A DNA stretch of 64,000 nt from a virus (taxonomy: Duplodnaviria; Caudoviricetes). The DNA lies in the IMG/VR virus record IMGVR_UViG_3300028072_000001, positions 4,203-68,202 of that record, one strand, 5' to 3'. Within the stretch, counting starts at the first letter, position 1, and each line of letters opens with the position of its first letter. A program made the translations under genes and the position numbers. Below the pieces are notes generated by a model, which saw nothing but the letters and a program-made list of their open reading frames with translations, ran no database searches and was not told where the DNA came from. Shown one piece after another: positions 17,342-25,741 of the stretch.

Positions 17342-17452
17342 AATGTCCGCCAGGTAGCTTTTCGAGATGCCTAGTGCGGTGGCCGCTTCCCGAATGTTCT
17401 TAAACTTTTTCGAGTAACGTGTAAGGCGAACGATCACCTGGGAATCAGTCAT
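17249..17452 (-). CDS. Cro/CI-like XRE HTH regulator
   Basis: NIREAATALGISKSYLADILSGRRPIP is a classic XRE HTH; ATG at 17452; isolated antisense gene in the early region. Confidence 0.8.
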   Translation of the reverse strand: MTDSQVIVRLTRYSKKFKNIREAATALGISKSYLADILSGRRPIPDSILTALGLERVVGYKRIRPIA

Positions 17453-17504
17453 AGAGGAGTTAGTTATATACGCAAAATAGCGGACGCGCAAGCAAAGATT
17501 TTAC

Positions 17505-17533
17505 TTGACGTTGTCCGCAAACTTGCGTACACT
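17505..17533 (+). promoter_or_regulatory. Sigma70 promoter
   Basis: TTGACG (17505)-17-TACACT (17528); divergent from the XRE gene. Confidence 0.7.
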
Positions 17534-17552
17534 CCGCGAATCGAGGAAGGCA

Positions 17553-17846
17553 ATGGACTACGATAACGCAGTAGAAAGCGCACTGGAACGCCGCGAAAAC
17601 CCGACCGAGTATCTAAACTGGAAGACTCGCACGCCGGAGCCGATCAACTGTGAAGGATGCGGCCACCCGATTAGCTGGCACGAAAAACGCTATGGCTGCG
17701 ATCACGAATCGGACAAATGGGTGTCTGGTGACAACTGCGAAGCGCTAATGACCGTGCGATGCGGCTGCGTCGAACACGAAGCCGAGACCGACAAGTTACA
17801 GCTTGCCCTACGGCGAGCGTATGAAGAACTGAACAAAGAAAGGTAA
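17553..17846 (+). CDS. Cys/His-containing hypothetical protein
   Basis: ATG at 17553 after GAGGAAGG (the track's TTG start lies in the -35 box); contains CEGCGHPISWH. Confidence 0.6.
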   Translation: MDYDNAVESALERRENPTEYLNWKTRTPEPINCEGCGHPISWHEKRYGCDHESDKWVSGDNCEALMTVRCGCVEHEAETDKLQLALRRAYEELNKER

Positions 17847-17851
17847 GACCC

Positions 17852-18343
17852 ATGAAACACAAACTCACATTGGCAGCCGCGTTACTTTGTGCGGCCGCAG
17901 CCAACGCAGACGAAATTTACACGTACCAAGGAAACGCGCTGGACACTGGCGGCGCCGTCAGCGGTTCTTTCACTCTACCCGATGCACTTCCTGGTTTGCT
18001 GGACAATTCCCAGATCACACCACAGGACTTTTCTTTCACCTGGAACGGCTACAAATTTAACGAGAGCAACACAAAACTTGCTCAGTTCTTTATTGCCACC
18101 AACGAAGACGGCAGCATAGCCACCTGGAATATAACGCTGGTCCGCGGCGCCGCTGTCCTATTGACGGAATACTACGGAAGCGCCTTCGAAGCCACCGACG
18201 CCGTATTGACAGGACACGCGCTGGCATTGGAAGAAGGCAACCGCGGAAGCTGGACGTTTGCAGACCCGCCGGCCGCCACGCCTGAACCGTCTACACTCGC
18301 TTTTCTTTTTGTTGGTTTGTTGGCGATACTTCGCCGGAGATGA
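17852..18343 (+). CDS. PEP-CTERM sorting-domain surface protein
   Basis: N-terminal signal peptide (MKHKLTLAAALLCAAAANA|D) and C-terminal TPEPSTL + hydrophobic helix + RRR. Confidence 0.9.
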   Translation: MKHKLTLAAALLCAAAANADEIYTYQGNALDTGGAVSGSFTLPDALPGLLDNSQITPQDFSFTWNGYKFNESNTKLAQFFIATNEDGSIATWNITLVRGAAVLLTEYYGSAFEATDAVLTGHALALEEGNRGSWTFADPPAATPEPSTLAFLFVGLLAILRRR

Positions 18344-18346
18344 AAC

Positions 18347-18571
18347 GTGAAACCCAGTCTGAACACGCCTAGCCGTCAGGATGTGGAAGTAGCTATTCGC
18401 GCTTTGGAAATTGAAGACGAACGCGAAGCGGACGTTATGCGAGCATTCTACGCTCGCGAACGCAAGCAGGACCGTGCCGCAAATCTGAAACTGATTAAGG
18501 CCGTCGGATTCTTTCTGTTGAAGTGTATTGTCGCCGCCGTCGTAGTTTGGGCAATTCTGGCAGCGTCCTAA
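18347..18571 (+). CDS. Small protein with a C-terminal TM helix
   Basis: 74 aa from GTG; hydrophobic C-terminus. Confidence 0.55.
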   Translation: MKPSLNTPSRQDVEVAIRALEIEDEREADVMRAFYARERKQDRAANLKLIKAVGFFLLKCIVAAVVVWAILAAS

Positions 18572-19200
18572 TGGCGTCGAAGCCGACACAACGGAGCTTG
18601 AAGCGCGGACCTTCCCCAAAGCGGATTGATATGCTTGGGAGGCGTTTCGGCCGTCTAGTTGTGCTTCGCTTCGCACGGACCGGCGGTAAGAACTGGGACC
18701 TATATTGGCTTTGCCGGTGCGATTGTGGACAGGAAAAAGAAATCAACGGCCAGCACCTTAGAAGTGGGCACGTCATCAGTTGCCGATGCGCGAACTACGA
18801 ATTATGTGCCGCAGCTTGCCGACGAAATGCCGCTAAGAAATTTCAGCCAGAAGCAACTGGAACAAAAACAATGTACGCAATCTATCGCCAAAGTGCGCGG
18901 ACAAGGAGACTAGAATTCTCAATTCCGTTTGACGAATTTTCGGTCATCATAAAACAGAACTGTCGATATTGCGGGGCAACACCAAGTAACGAGTATTTCA
19001 ATCGGTCAGAGGTTCGTCCCTACCGATTCAAATATAGTGGGCTAGACAGAACCGACAATGCCAAAGGATATATCAGCACGAACGTAGTTCCGTGCTGTGA
19101 TACGTGCAATAGCGCGAAGCAGGATTTGACTGTCACAGAGTTCAGAGAATGGGTTACGCGACTTTATTGGAGATTTGAAAGGATTGCCCGTGGCGAGTAA
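18571..19200 (+). CDS. HNH-type free-standing homing endonuclease
   Basis: GRRFGRLVV...WLCRCDCG...SCRC N-domain and CRYCG...GLDRTDNAKGYISTNVVPCCDTCNSAK nuclease core. Start at ATG 18571. Confidence 0.85.
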   Translation: MASKPTQRSLKRGPSPKRIDMLGRRFGRLVVLRFARTGGKNWDLYWLCRCDCGQEKEINGQHLRSGHVISCRCANYELCAAACRRNAAKKFQPEATGTKTMYAIYRQSARTRRLEFSIPFDEFSVIIKQNCRYCGATPSNEYFNRSEVRPYRFKYSGLDRTDNAKGYISTNVVPCCDTCNSAKQDLTVTEFREWVTRLYWRFERIARGE

Positions 19201-19555
19201 GCCAGTGCAGAGGTCGCTCAAATTTCTCAGGGATAACGGGTGGACCGTGTGCATAGTCGAGAAATTTATCAAGCATCCGAATATGCCATTCGGGAAAAGG
19301 ATTGACGCCTTTGGAATTGGGGATTTACTGGCGTGCAGACCGCGAGATATGTACGACGGCTTTTACTGTGACAGGGCAATCGCGTTAGTCCAATGTTGCA
19401 GTACAGATTTCGCGAAGCACAAGGCCAAACTGTTAGCGATACCGGAGTTGCAAATCTGGAAAGACTCAGGCGGCGAAGTAATCATTCACAGTTGGACGAA
19501 ACGCGGACCACGCGGGAAGCGCAAGACGTACCAGTTACGGGAAGAGTTTTTATAA
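19190..19555 (+). CDS. PD-(D/E)XK nuclease, Holliday-junction resolvase/VRR-NUC-like
   Basis: FLRDNGWTVCIVE...DAFGIGDLLAC...LVQ motif order typical of small phage resolvases; GTG at 19190. Confidence 0.7.
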   Translation: MASKPVQRSLKFLRDNGWTVCIVEKFIKHPNMPFGKRIDAFGIGDLLACRPRDMYDGFYCDRAIALVQCCSTDFAKHKAKLLAIPELQIWKDSGGEVIIHSWTKRGPRGKRKTYQLREEFL

Positions 19556-19570
19556 ATCGGGAGGCAACAC

Positions 19571-20377
19571 ATGGAAACGCAAATCGCACCAACGGAGACG
19601 CAGCCGCTTGAAAACGCGCTAGTCACACTCCGCAACGAAGCGAAAGGAATCGTAGTCAAGACGCCGGCAGACTATGAAAAGGCTGGTCACTTGCTCACCA
19701 CGATCAGCAACTACCAGAAAGACGTGAAGAATAAACTCAACCCATTTGTTGAGTTTGCGCGTCGTAACCTGGAATCGGTTCGCCAAGAGATGCAGAAGTA
19801 TTTGAACGGCGCGGAAGAAATCCGCGGCATGGTAAGCACTCCGATGGCGGACTTTAAGCGCCAGGAACGGCTCGCAGCCGAAGCCGAAGAACGCCGGATA
19901 AACGAAGAACGCCGACGCCAAGCCGAAGCCGATGCAGCCACACTCCGCAAGCAGCAGGAAGAACAGGCAGCCGCCGAGTATAAACGTCGCCAGCAGGAAA
20001 TCAAGGCCGCACAGAAGGACGGCGACCTGAATAAGCGCGAAGCAGAAAAGATGCGGAAGGAAGCCGAGCAGCGCGAGAAAGATCAGCGCGAACAAGCAGC
20101 CAGAGACGCCGCTGCAATGGCCGCCAATGTCCAAGATGTAAAGGTTCAACCGAATACGCCCAAGGTAGCCGGAACTCGCGGACGTGTTCAGTACTTCGCG
20201 GAGTTTACGGACTTCGACGCACTACTGAAAGCATGGGCAGCCGGCCGGACCGACTTGCGGAAGTACATCATGGGCAACGATCAGGAATTAAGCCGGCAAG
20301 CACGGGATACCAAAAACTCGAAAGCCATGCAGTTGACCGTTCCAGGGATTCGCGCATGGGATGAGGACCGGATATGA
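19571..20377 (+). CDS. Coiled-coil protein of the recombination module
   Basis: 268 aa; long E/R/A/K helical tract and C-terminal PKVAG...PGIRAWDE; GGAGG SD. Confidence 0.7.
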   Translation: METQIAPTETQPLENALVTLRNEAKGIVVKTPADYEKAGHLLTTISNYQKDVKNKLNPFVEFARRNLESVRQEMQKYLNGAEEIRGMVSTPMADFKRQERLAAEAEERRINEERRRQAEADAATLRKQQEEQAAAEYKRRQQEIKAAQKDGDLNKREAEKMRKEAEQREKDQREQAARDAAAMAANVQDVKVQPNTPKVAGTRGRVQYFAEFTDFDALLKAWAAGRTDLRKYIMGNDQELSRQARDTKNSKAMQLTVPGIRAWDEDRI

Positions 20378-20682
20378 AACGCGCACCGATCACCAGCAAG
20401 ACCGGAATGTGTGGAGTAGCCTACGACCAGGCGACAGAAACCCTTGAGCTTGCGTTTAGTCCGCGCAAGGCCGGAGAGAAAGAGAAAGTCTACCAGTACA
20501 CGCCATTCACGCCGGAAGACTGGAGCCAGTTCCAAGCCGCACAGTCAAAAGGAAGCCACTTTCTAAAGTTTATTCGCCCCTGTTTCCGATGCACACGAAT
20601 TGAGGAAAAAGATGCCGAAGACAAAGCGCAAGACCGTAAGGCGTTCGATACCGAGACGCCGGACGAAAATCTCCCGTTCTAG
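20374..20682 (+). CDS. KTSC domain protein
   Basis: VAYDQATETLELAF...YQY...WSQFQAAQSKGSHFLKFIRP is the KTSC pattern. Confidence 0.85.
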   Translation: MKRAPITSKTGMCGVAYDQATETLELAFSPRKAGEKEKVYQYTPFTPEDWSQFQAAQSKGSHFLKFIRPCFRCTRIEEKDAEDKAQDRKAFDTETPDENLPF

Positions 20683-22291
20683 TTCGACTGCAATCGTTCC
20701 GGTAACGCCGCGGCCGATCATCGTCCAGAAGAACCGTGAGCGCCAGTTAAGCAGCGAAGAAATTGAACTACTCAAGCGAACGGTTTGCAAAGGCGCCGAC
20801 AACGACGAGTTTGCGCTGTTCCTATGGACCTGCAAGAAGCACAAGCTAGACCCGATCACTAAACAGATTTACGCAGTGTTCCGAAACGTCACGAAACACC
20901 ACCAGGACGAAAAAGGTATCTGGGTTTCCGGCCGACAAATGACAATTCAGATGGGGATTGACGGACTACGCGCACTCGCCGGCAGACACCACAAGGACTT
21001 TGGCGGAGCCGATGAGCCTACGTTTGTAATGTCCGGCAAGGTAACGCCAGCCGGCCGGCCAATACCGGACAGCGCGACCGTTCGCCTTTGGAAGAAGGGA
21101 TTGGAGCATCCTATCGTTGGCGTGGCGTACTGGGATGAGTTTGCGCCACGCGATCTAGCCGAAGCGAAGGCCGACTTCTACAACCGGATGCCGCGACACA
21201 TGCTCGCCAAGTGTGCCGAAGCGCTGGCAATTCGCAAGGGCTATCCCGACCTGTCCGATATATACACCGACGCCGAAATGGTTCAGGCCGATGAGGAGTA
21301 CACGCCAGAAGGCCGAATCATCACCGACGCCAACGGATTTACAGTATCCGGCCGCGCAGTCACCTACGAAGCCAACCGGCAGCTTGGCAAGGCACGCCAA
21401 CAGGAAGTATTGGACGAGAAGCTAGGTCACGGTCACGAACCAGGAAGCGACAAAGCAAAGATGGCCGAGGCAGCGCTTGCTCGCGTCGAAGCCGCCGACA
21501 AGGAACTGAAAGAAAAAAAGATTCCAGGTTCGAATCCTGGGCGTGACGCGGCACACGTAGATTCGGGGAGCACCGAGTCAGAAGGTTTGAAACCTTCAGC
21601 CGCAGATAAACCACGGGGAACGATTGAGTTGACCATGACCGAGCGCGAAGGTGTAATCGTGCGCGGGGATATTGGCGATCTGGTGGAACTCATTCAGAAG
21701 CATTGCACCGCGAGATGGGTTAACGACTGGTGGCACATCCTGCCGACCGACGTTCCGACCATTCACGCGATGGGCAAACAGTTGAATTACCGCGTCGTAG
21801 AGATTCTTCCCAAAGAGTTTCCTTCCACACCACAGGAAGGGAAAAGGGTTGCCACTAGCCAAGAAGAGAAGGGGAACGGGACCCCCTCCGCCTCTTCTAA
21901 GAGTAGCAACCCTCCAAGTTCAAGAAAGGAGCAGACTAAACCAACGGCCAGCGCCGGGAAACCACAGAGCCCCGGCGCCGAGCCGTTCATTGTCACTGGC
22001 ACGATTGAGCGCGTGTTCGTCACGATCAAAGGAAACAAATCCTTCGCGATGGTGACTATCAAAACTCCCGAAGGAGCGAAACGCGAGGCCGGATGTTGGG
22101 ATAAGGACGTTTACGGCTACCTGGACAAAGGGAAAGGCAAAGACGCCGAAGTATTCTTTCAGACCAAAGGCAACTATACCAACATCACCGGACTGAAACG
22201 CATCGGCCGAGTTGAGTTTGAACACAACAAGGTGCCGATACTCAACAGAGACCGCGAACCAGGCGCCGCAGGGAACCTATTCCAGCCATGA
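20612..22291 (+). CDS. bet: RecT/Red-beta family single-strand annealing protein with a long C-terminal extension
   Basis: EFALFLWTCKKHKLDPITKQIYAV, IQMGIDGLRALA and MPRHMLAKCAEALAIRKGYP are Bet/RecT motifs; ATG 20612 follows GAGGA. Confidence 0.88.
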   Translation: MPKTKRKTVRRSIPRRRTKISRSSSTAIVPVTPRPIIVQKNRERQLSSEEIELLKRTVCKGADNDEFALFLWTCKKHKLDPITKQIYAVFRNVTKHHQDEKGIWVSGRQMTIQMGIDGLRALAGRHHKDFGGADEPTFVMSGKVTPAGRPIPDSATVRLWKKGLEHPIVGVAYWDEFAPRDLAEAKADFYNRMPRHMLAKCAEALAIRKGYPDLSDIYTDAEMVQADEEYTPEGRIITDANGFTVSGRAVTYEANRQLGKARQQEVLDEKLGHGHEPGSDKAKMAEAALARVEAADKELKEKKIPGSNPGRDAAHVDSGSTESEGLKPSAADKPRGTIELTMTEREGVIVRGDIGDLVELIQKHCTARWVNDWWHILPTDVPTIHAMGKQLNYRVVEILPKEFPSTPQEGKRVATSQEEKGNGTPSASSKSSNPPSSRKEQTKPTASAGKPQSPGAEPFIVTGTIERVFVTIKGNKSFAMVTIKTPEGAKREAGCWDKDVYGYLDKGKGKDAEVFFQTKGNYTNITGLKRIGRVEFEHNKVPILNRDREPGAAGNLFQP

Positions 22292-22746
22292 CGCCTAACT
22301 CAATGGCCGCCTACGTTGCCGCGCACGGTAGCGCGTGGTCCGCTATCGTCTCAGTCGCCTATGGCTGCAAACCGGAGCACGTAGACCGCGAAGCGGAAAT
22401 ACTCGCCAGAGCCACGGCAGCCACGAAAGCGGTACTCAAGCGGAAGATCGAAGCCATCCACCACAAGCGCGAGCAGGGATGGACCGAAGAAGCGATCACG
22501 AAGATGGGCCAGGGACCTACGCTTTCAGCATACGCAGCCTCTAGGAAGGCGAAATCAGAGGAACCGGATACAATCCTCAGGTATCGGGTAAGTCGTTCGC
22601 TGGCTGACTCCTGGTGCATAACAGTAGGCCGTCTAGCGAAGGCCGGGAACCTGAAAACCAGCGACGACCTAATAGAGTTTCTGAATGCTCACTTCGCAGA
22701 TATGCCGCTAGAAGAAATACGGCATCAGGCCGGCAAGGGTGAATAA
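22288..22746 (+). CDS. Hypothetical protein
   Basis: 152 aa; ATGA-coupled. Confidence 0.6.
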   Translation: MTPNSMAAYVAAHGSAWSAIVSVAYGCKPEHVDREAEILARATAATKAVLKRKIEAIHHKREQGWTEEAITKMGQGPTLSAYAASRKAKSEEPDTILRYRVSRSLADSWCITVGRLAKAGNLKTSDDLIEFLNAHFADMPLEEIRHQAGKGE

Positions 22747-23132
22747 TGGACGGACTCTACTTCCCGAAACCTGTCAAGGTGAAGCGACCGCGGAAACCGC
22801 TTCGCGCTCGCCGGCATACCGAAACGCGCATGGATAAAGCCGGCCACGAATTTCTCTATGGCGTTCAGGCACACGCGCAGCGCCGCATTGAAGTCTTCGA
22901 GAAGCAAGGCGGAAAGGTTTGTGTAACCAGGGACGCGGACGGAAACATTGAATCGGTACATACCGAGCAGCCGGCACTATGCGGAGTCTGCGAGAACGGT
23001 CATTCAGTTTCTTTCGAAGATGGCCACTGGATTCACCTGGAGAAACGTCACTGTGATTGCCTAAGCTGTACGACATTCGGTTGCAAGCCAGGACACGCAG
23101 AACTGCATCACAACCGGATTAAATGGAATTGA
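22746..23132 (+). CDS. Cys/His-rich protein, possibly a degenerate HNH/NinG-like nuclease
   Basis: RRIEVFEKQGGKVC...CGVC...HWIH...C...HAELH. Confidence 0.5.
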   Translation: MDGLYFPKPVKVKRPRKPLRARRHTETRMDKAGHEFLYGVQAHAQRRIEVFEKQGGKVCVTRDADGNIESVHTEQPALCGVCENGHSVSFEDGHWIHLEKRHCDCLSCTTFGCKPGHAELHHNRIKWN

Positions 23133-23139
23133 GGAACCA

Positions 23140-23304
23140 ATGAGCAAGCCGAAGCTCACCAAGAAAGAGAAACGCGAGTTGTGGCTCCATGCCGTCGATT
23201 GCGCGAATGAAGCCCTGAGCGGCAAGAACAAGGGCCGCACAGCCTATGAGGATGTGTACAAGCTGGTGGTGAAGCAGTATCTGAAGTGGAGGGGGAAGCT
23301 GTGA
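23140..23304 (+). CDS. Small hypothetical protein (MSKPKLTKKEKRELWLHA...)
   Basis: 54 aa translated by hand; GAGGA SD; GTGA overlap with the next gene. Confidence 0.6.
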   Translation: MSKPKLTKKEKRELWLHAVDCANEALSGKNKGRTAYEDVYKLVVKQYLKWRGKL

Positions 23305-23564
23305 GCGACTGGTATCGATTGAATTATGCGGGAGAAGTGAGCCGCAGTGAAGTGTTGCGCGAAACTCCACAATTCGTGGTTATCAAGCAATGGGGAAAAG
23401 ATCGTCGAGTCAATAAGGTTGGCGAGTTCTTTCCTACATTTGCCGAAATGAAACAGTATCTTGTGGAGAAGCGGAAGCGCCAAGTCGAGCACTTTAAGGA
23501 GCAATTGCGATATGCAGAGAGCCAGCTCGCCAAGGCTGAATCAATGGAAGAGGAACAGCCATGA
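23301..23564 (+). CDS. Hypothetical protein with a C-terminal coiled coil
   Basis: GTG 23301 after GGAGGGGG; ATGA-coupled downstream. Confidence 0.6.
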   Translation: MSDWYRLNYAGEVSRSEVLRETPQFVVIKQWGKDRRVNKVGEFFPTFAEMKQYLVEKRKRQVEHFKEQLRYAESQLAKAESMEEEQP

Positions 23565-23788
23565 GCGGCGCAGACGAGAAGATCGCTAAACGAGTTTGGA
23601 ATCGCTTGAGCAAGACTGACCGTAAAACCATTTTGCTTGACCGACGAGTGTGGCGCGAAGGCTCCGGCATTCCAGATTACGAGTGCGGTTTGAAGTGGGA
23701 TAAGTTGCTGCCGAGCACGCAAGACCGATTGGTAGGGATTGACTTTTCGATGATTCTCGGAAAAGAAGTCTCGCCAGAAACGGAGTGA
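23561..23788 (+). CDS. Hypothetical protein
   Basis: 75 aa; coupled at both ends. Confidence 0.55.
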   Translation: MSGADEKIAKRVWNRLSKTDRKTILLDRRVWREGSGIPDYECGLKWDKLLPSTQDRLVGIDFSMILGKEVSPETE

Positions 23789-24087
23789 ATAAAGTGGGCG
23801 CAGACGAGAAGATGCGAGCGGTGAGCCAAAATGAATCAGTAGCGATGTGTGCTCACTTGAATGTGAAATATAACCCGTCTGATGTAGGCAGCGGGAGAAA
23901 GCGAGATCGTTGGACTTGCGCGATGTGTGGTGCAGATTTCTGGCCGCGATTCTGGCTGTTCCCGGCACCGTGGCTATCACAGGAATATATCCGCAATGCA
24001 GTAACGGAGAAGTTGGAACGTGAGCGCCAACTTACCGCTGCCCTAGCAGCAGCGCAGGGCCAGCCAGAGAAAGAGAGCGGACGATGA
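23785..24087 (+). CDS. Hypothetical protein with a CxH/CxxC zinc motif
   Basis: 100 aa; MCAH...WTCAMCG. Confidence 0.55.
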   Translation: MNKVGADEKMRAVSQNESVAMCAHLNVKYNPSDVGSGRKRDRWTCAMCGADFWPRFWLFPAPWLSQEYIRNAVTEKLERERQLTAALAAAQGQPEKESGR

Positions 24088-24896
24088 GTGGATTTGAGCG
24101 ACCATTAATTGTGAATTGGGGATTCGGAGTTAATTCTACTGCCCTAATAGTGGAGCTATGTAATCGCGCTATCGTTCCTGATTTGGTCATCGCTGCTGAC
24201 ACGCTAGGCGAGAAGCCGGAAACTTATGAGTACAAAACTCTTTTCGAGGAGTGGTTGATTCAGGAGCATAAACTTGCCATCGCGACGGTGACTCGCGGGA
24301 TTACCAATGTTCGCAAGACAGGCCGGAAGGTGGCAACAGATGTTGAGTCTTATTCCTCGCTTGAGCAGAACTGCATTGTGAATAAGACGCTACCTTCACT
24401 GGCATTTGGCATGAAAGGCTGTAGCCAGAAGTGGAAGCGGGAGCCGATTGACTGGTACGCGGATATTTGGCCGCCAGCAGTGCGAGCATGGGCAGAGGGA
24501 AGAAAGGTGACGAAGGCTCTAGGCTATGACGCCGGAGAATCGCGCCGAGCGGGAATCACCGACGATGAAAAATATCATTACGTTTATCCATTGATTGACT
24601 GGGGAATGACTCGTGAGGATTGCGTTAAAGTCCTAGAAATAGCTGGTTTGCCTGTCCCGCCAAAATCGGCTTGTTTCTATTGTCCTGCATCGAAGAAATC
24701 CGAAATTGTCCAGTTGTCAATAGAGCACCCTGAATTGTACGCACGCGCCTTAGCGATGGAGGAAAACGCGGTGAACTTGGGCAGTACAAAGGGATTAGGC
24801 CGCTCATTCGCATGGTCAGAAGTTCAGAGCACAGCAGCACCAGAAGTGATTGAACAGATTTGCATGTGCTATGACGGTGAGGAGAGCACCCGATGA
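24084..24896 (+). CDS. PAPS-reductase-like (PP-loop) protein with C-terminal Cys clusters
   Basis: N-terminal WGFGVNSTAL PP-loop variant, CSQKWK, GYDAGESRR, YPLIDWG and PPKSACFYCP. Confidence 0.75.
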   Translation: MSGFERPLIVNWGFGVNSTALIVELCNRAIVPDLVIAADTLGEKPETYEYKTLFEEWLIQEHKLAIATVTRGITNVRKTGRKVATDVESYSSLEQNCIVNKTLPSLAFGMKGCSQKWKREPIDWYADIWPPAVRAWAEGRKVTKALGYDAGESRRAGITDDEKYHYVYPLIDWGMTREDCVKVLEIAGLPVPPKSACFYCPASKKSEIVQLSIEHPELYARALAMEENAVNLGSTKGLGRSFAWSEVQSTAAPEVIEQICMCYDGEESTR

Positions 24897-25040
24897 AGCG
24901 GAGCGAGAAAGCCAAAGCGGGGTCGAAGTTTCACACTTGCGGAACCGGTTGCGCCAGTCTGCCTTCTCCGTTATCTGCGCCGAAGAAAACTTTCTGACCG
25001 GTCCCGCGAATTGATAGTATGCGAAAGATGGGGGCTTTGA

Positions 25041-25301
25041 ATGAGCCAACAAAAAGTGAACGCCGAATATAGGGCGGGTGATGTTGTTTTGGTGATGAGT
25101 GAATACACCGGACATTTGGAAAAACTACGTCTTATTGGGCGGACAAACTGGTTCCAAGGAAACAAAATTATAGGCCACTACGGTTTTAGTGCTATCGGTT
25201 TTGACGGTTTGATTTGGAGAGGAGTCAGTTGGCGCACCATCATCAGAAAAGTGAAACCAACAGAAAATATTAATTGCCCGCACTGCACAAGCAGACCCTA
25301 A
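25041..25301 (+). CDS. Hypothetical protein
   Basis: 86 aa with C-terminal CPHC. Confidence 0.5.
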   Translation: MSQQKVNAEYRAGDVVLVMSEYTGHLEKLRLIGRTNWFQGNKIIGHYGFSAIGFDGLIWRGVSWRTIIRKVKPTENINCPHCTSRP

Positions 25302-25480
25302 AAATGGGCCAGCCAAAACATAGCGGGCTCCTGTACCTTCGGTCAGGTTCGTATCTACGTCAACAGATTGGACTTATTTCTTGCGTAAATACCAAGAATG
25401 CCGTACAAATTCACACAGAGCAGTTTCCCCCTGCTGGCTATAGCAGGCCGCCAGAAGCGCCAAGCCAAGGGAGAACAGCG

Positions 25481-25741
25481 ATGAGCGAGCGATGTGTAAT
25501 TCATGGATGGGCGCATGCCTATGAACGCTGCCCGAAGTGCCAGCCGATGAGCGAGGGGAAGCTACAACCTTGGATTGAAACTAGTCTACGCGCTGGAGTT
25601 AGCGAGATTCAACGGCGTCAGCGCGAACGCGGCCATGTAATACAAGACTATCGCGGCAACAAAGAACCAGTAATGACAACCGAGGAAATGCTCAAGGTGC
25701 TTAGGCAATTCCTTGAATCGTCAAAGGAAGGTTTGGGATGA
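25481..25741 (+). CDS. Hypothetical protein (start could extend to 25304)
   Basis: ATG 25481 after GGGAGA; contains CVIH...CPKC. Confidence 0.5.
   Translation: MSERCVIHGWAHAYERCPKCQPMSEGKLQPWIETSLRAGVSEIQRRQRERGHVIQDYRGNKEPVMTTEEMLKVLRQFLESSKEGLG

Noticed and set aside
17505-17552. TTG start given in the track for ORF 17505-17846
   Set aside because: The TTG is part of the TTGACG -35 box; ATG 17553 has a proper SD.
21524-21603. Complete tRNA gene or attP site
   Set aside because: Only T-arm-like hairpins are present, with no D-arm, no 7-bp acceptor stem and no CCA, and no integrase is in the window. Kept only as a structural finding.
24893-25040. Possible 34-aa ORF (MKRSEKAKAG...) in the gap after the PAPS-reductase-like gene
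   Set aside because: Too short and without distinguishing features; it cannot be supported beyond the ATGA overlap.
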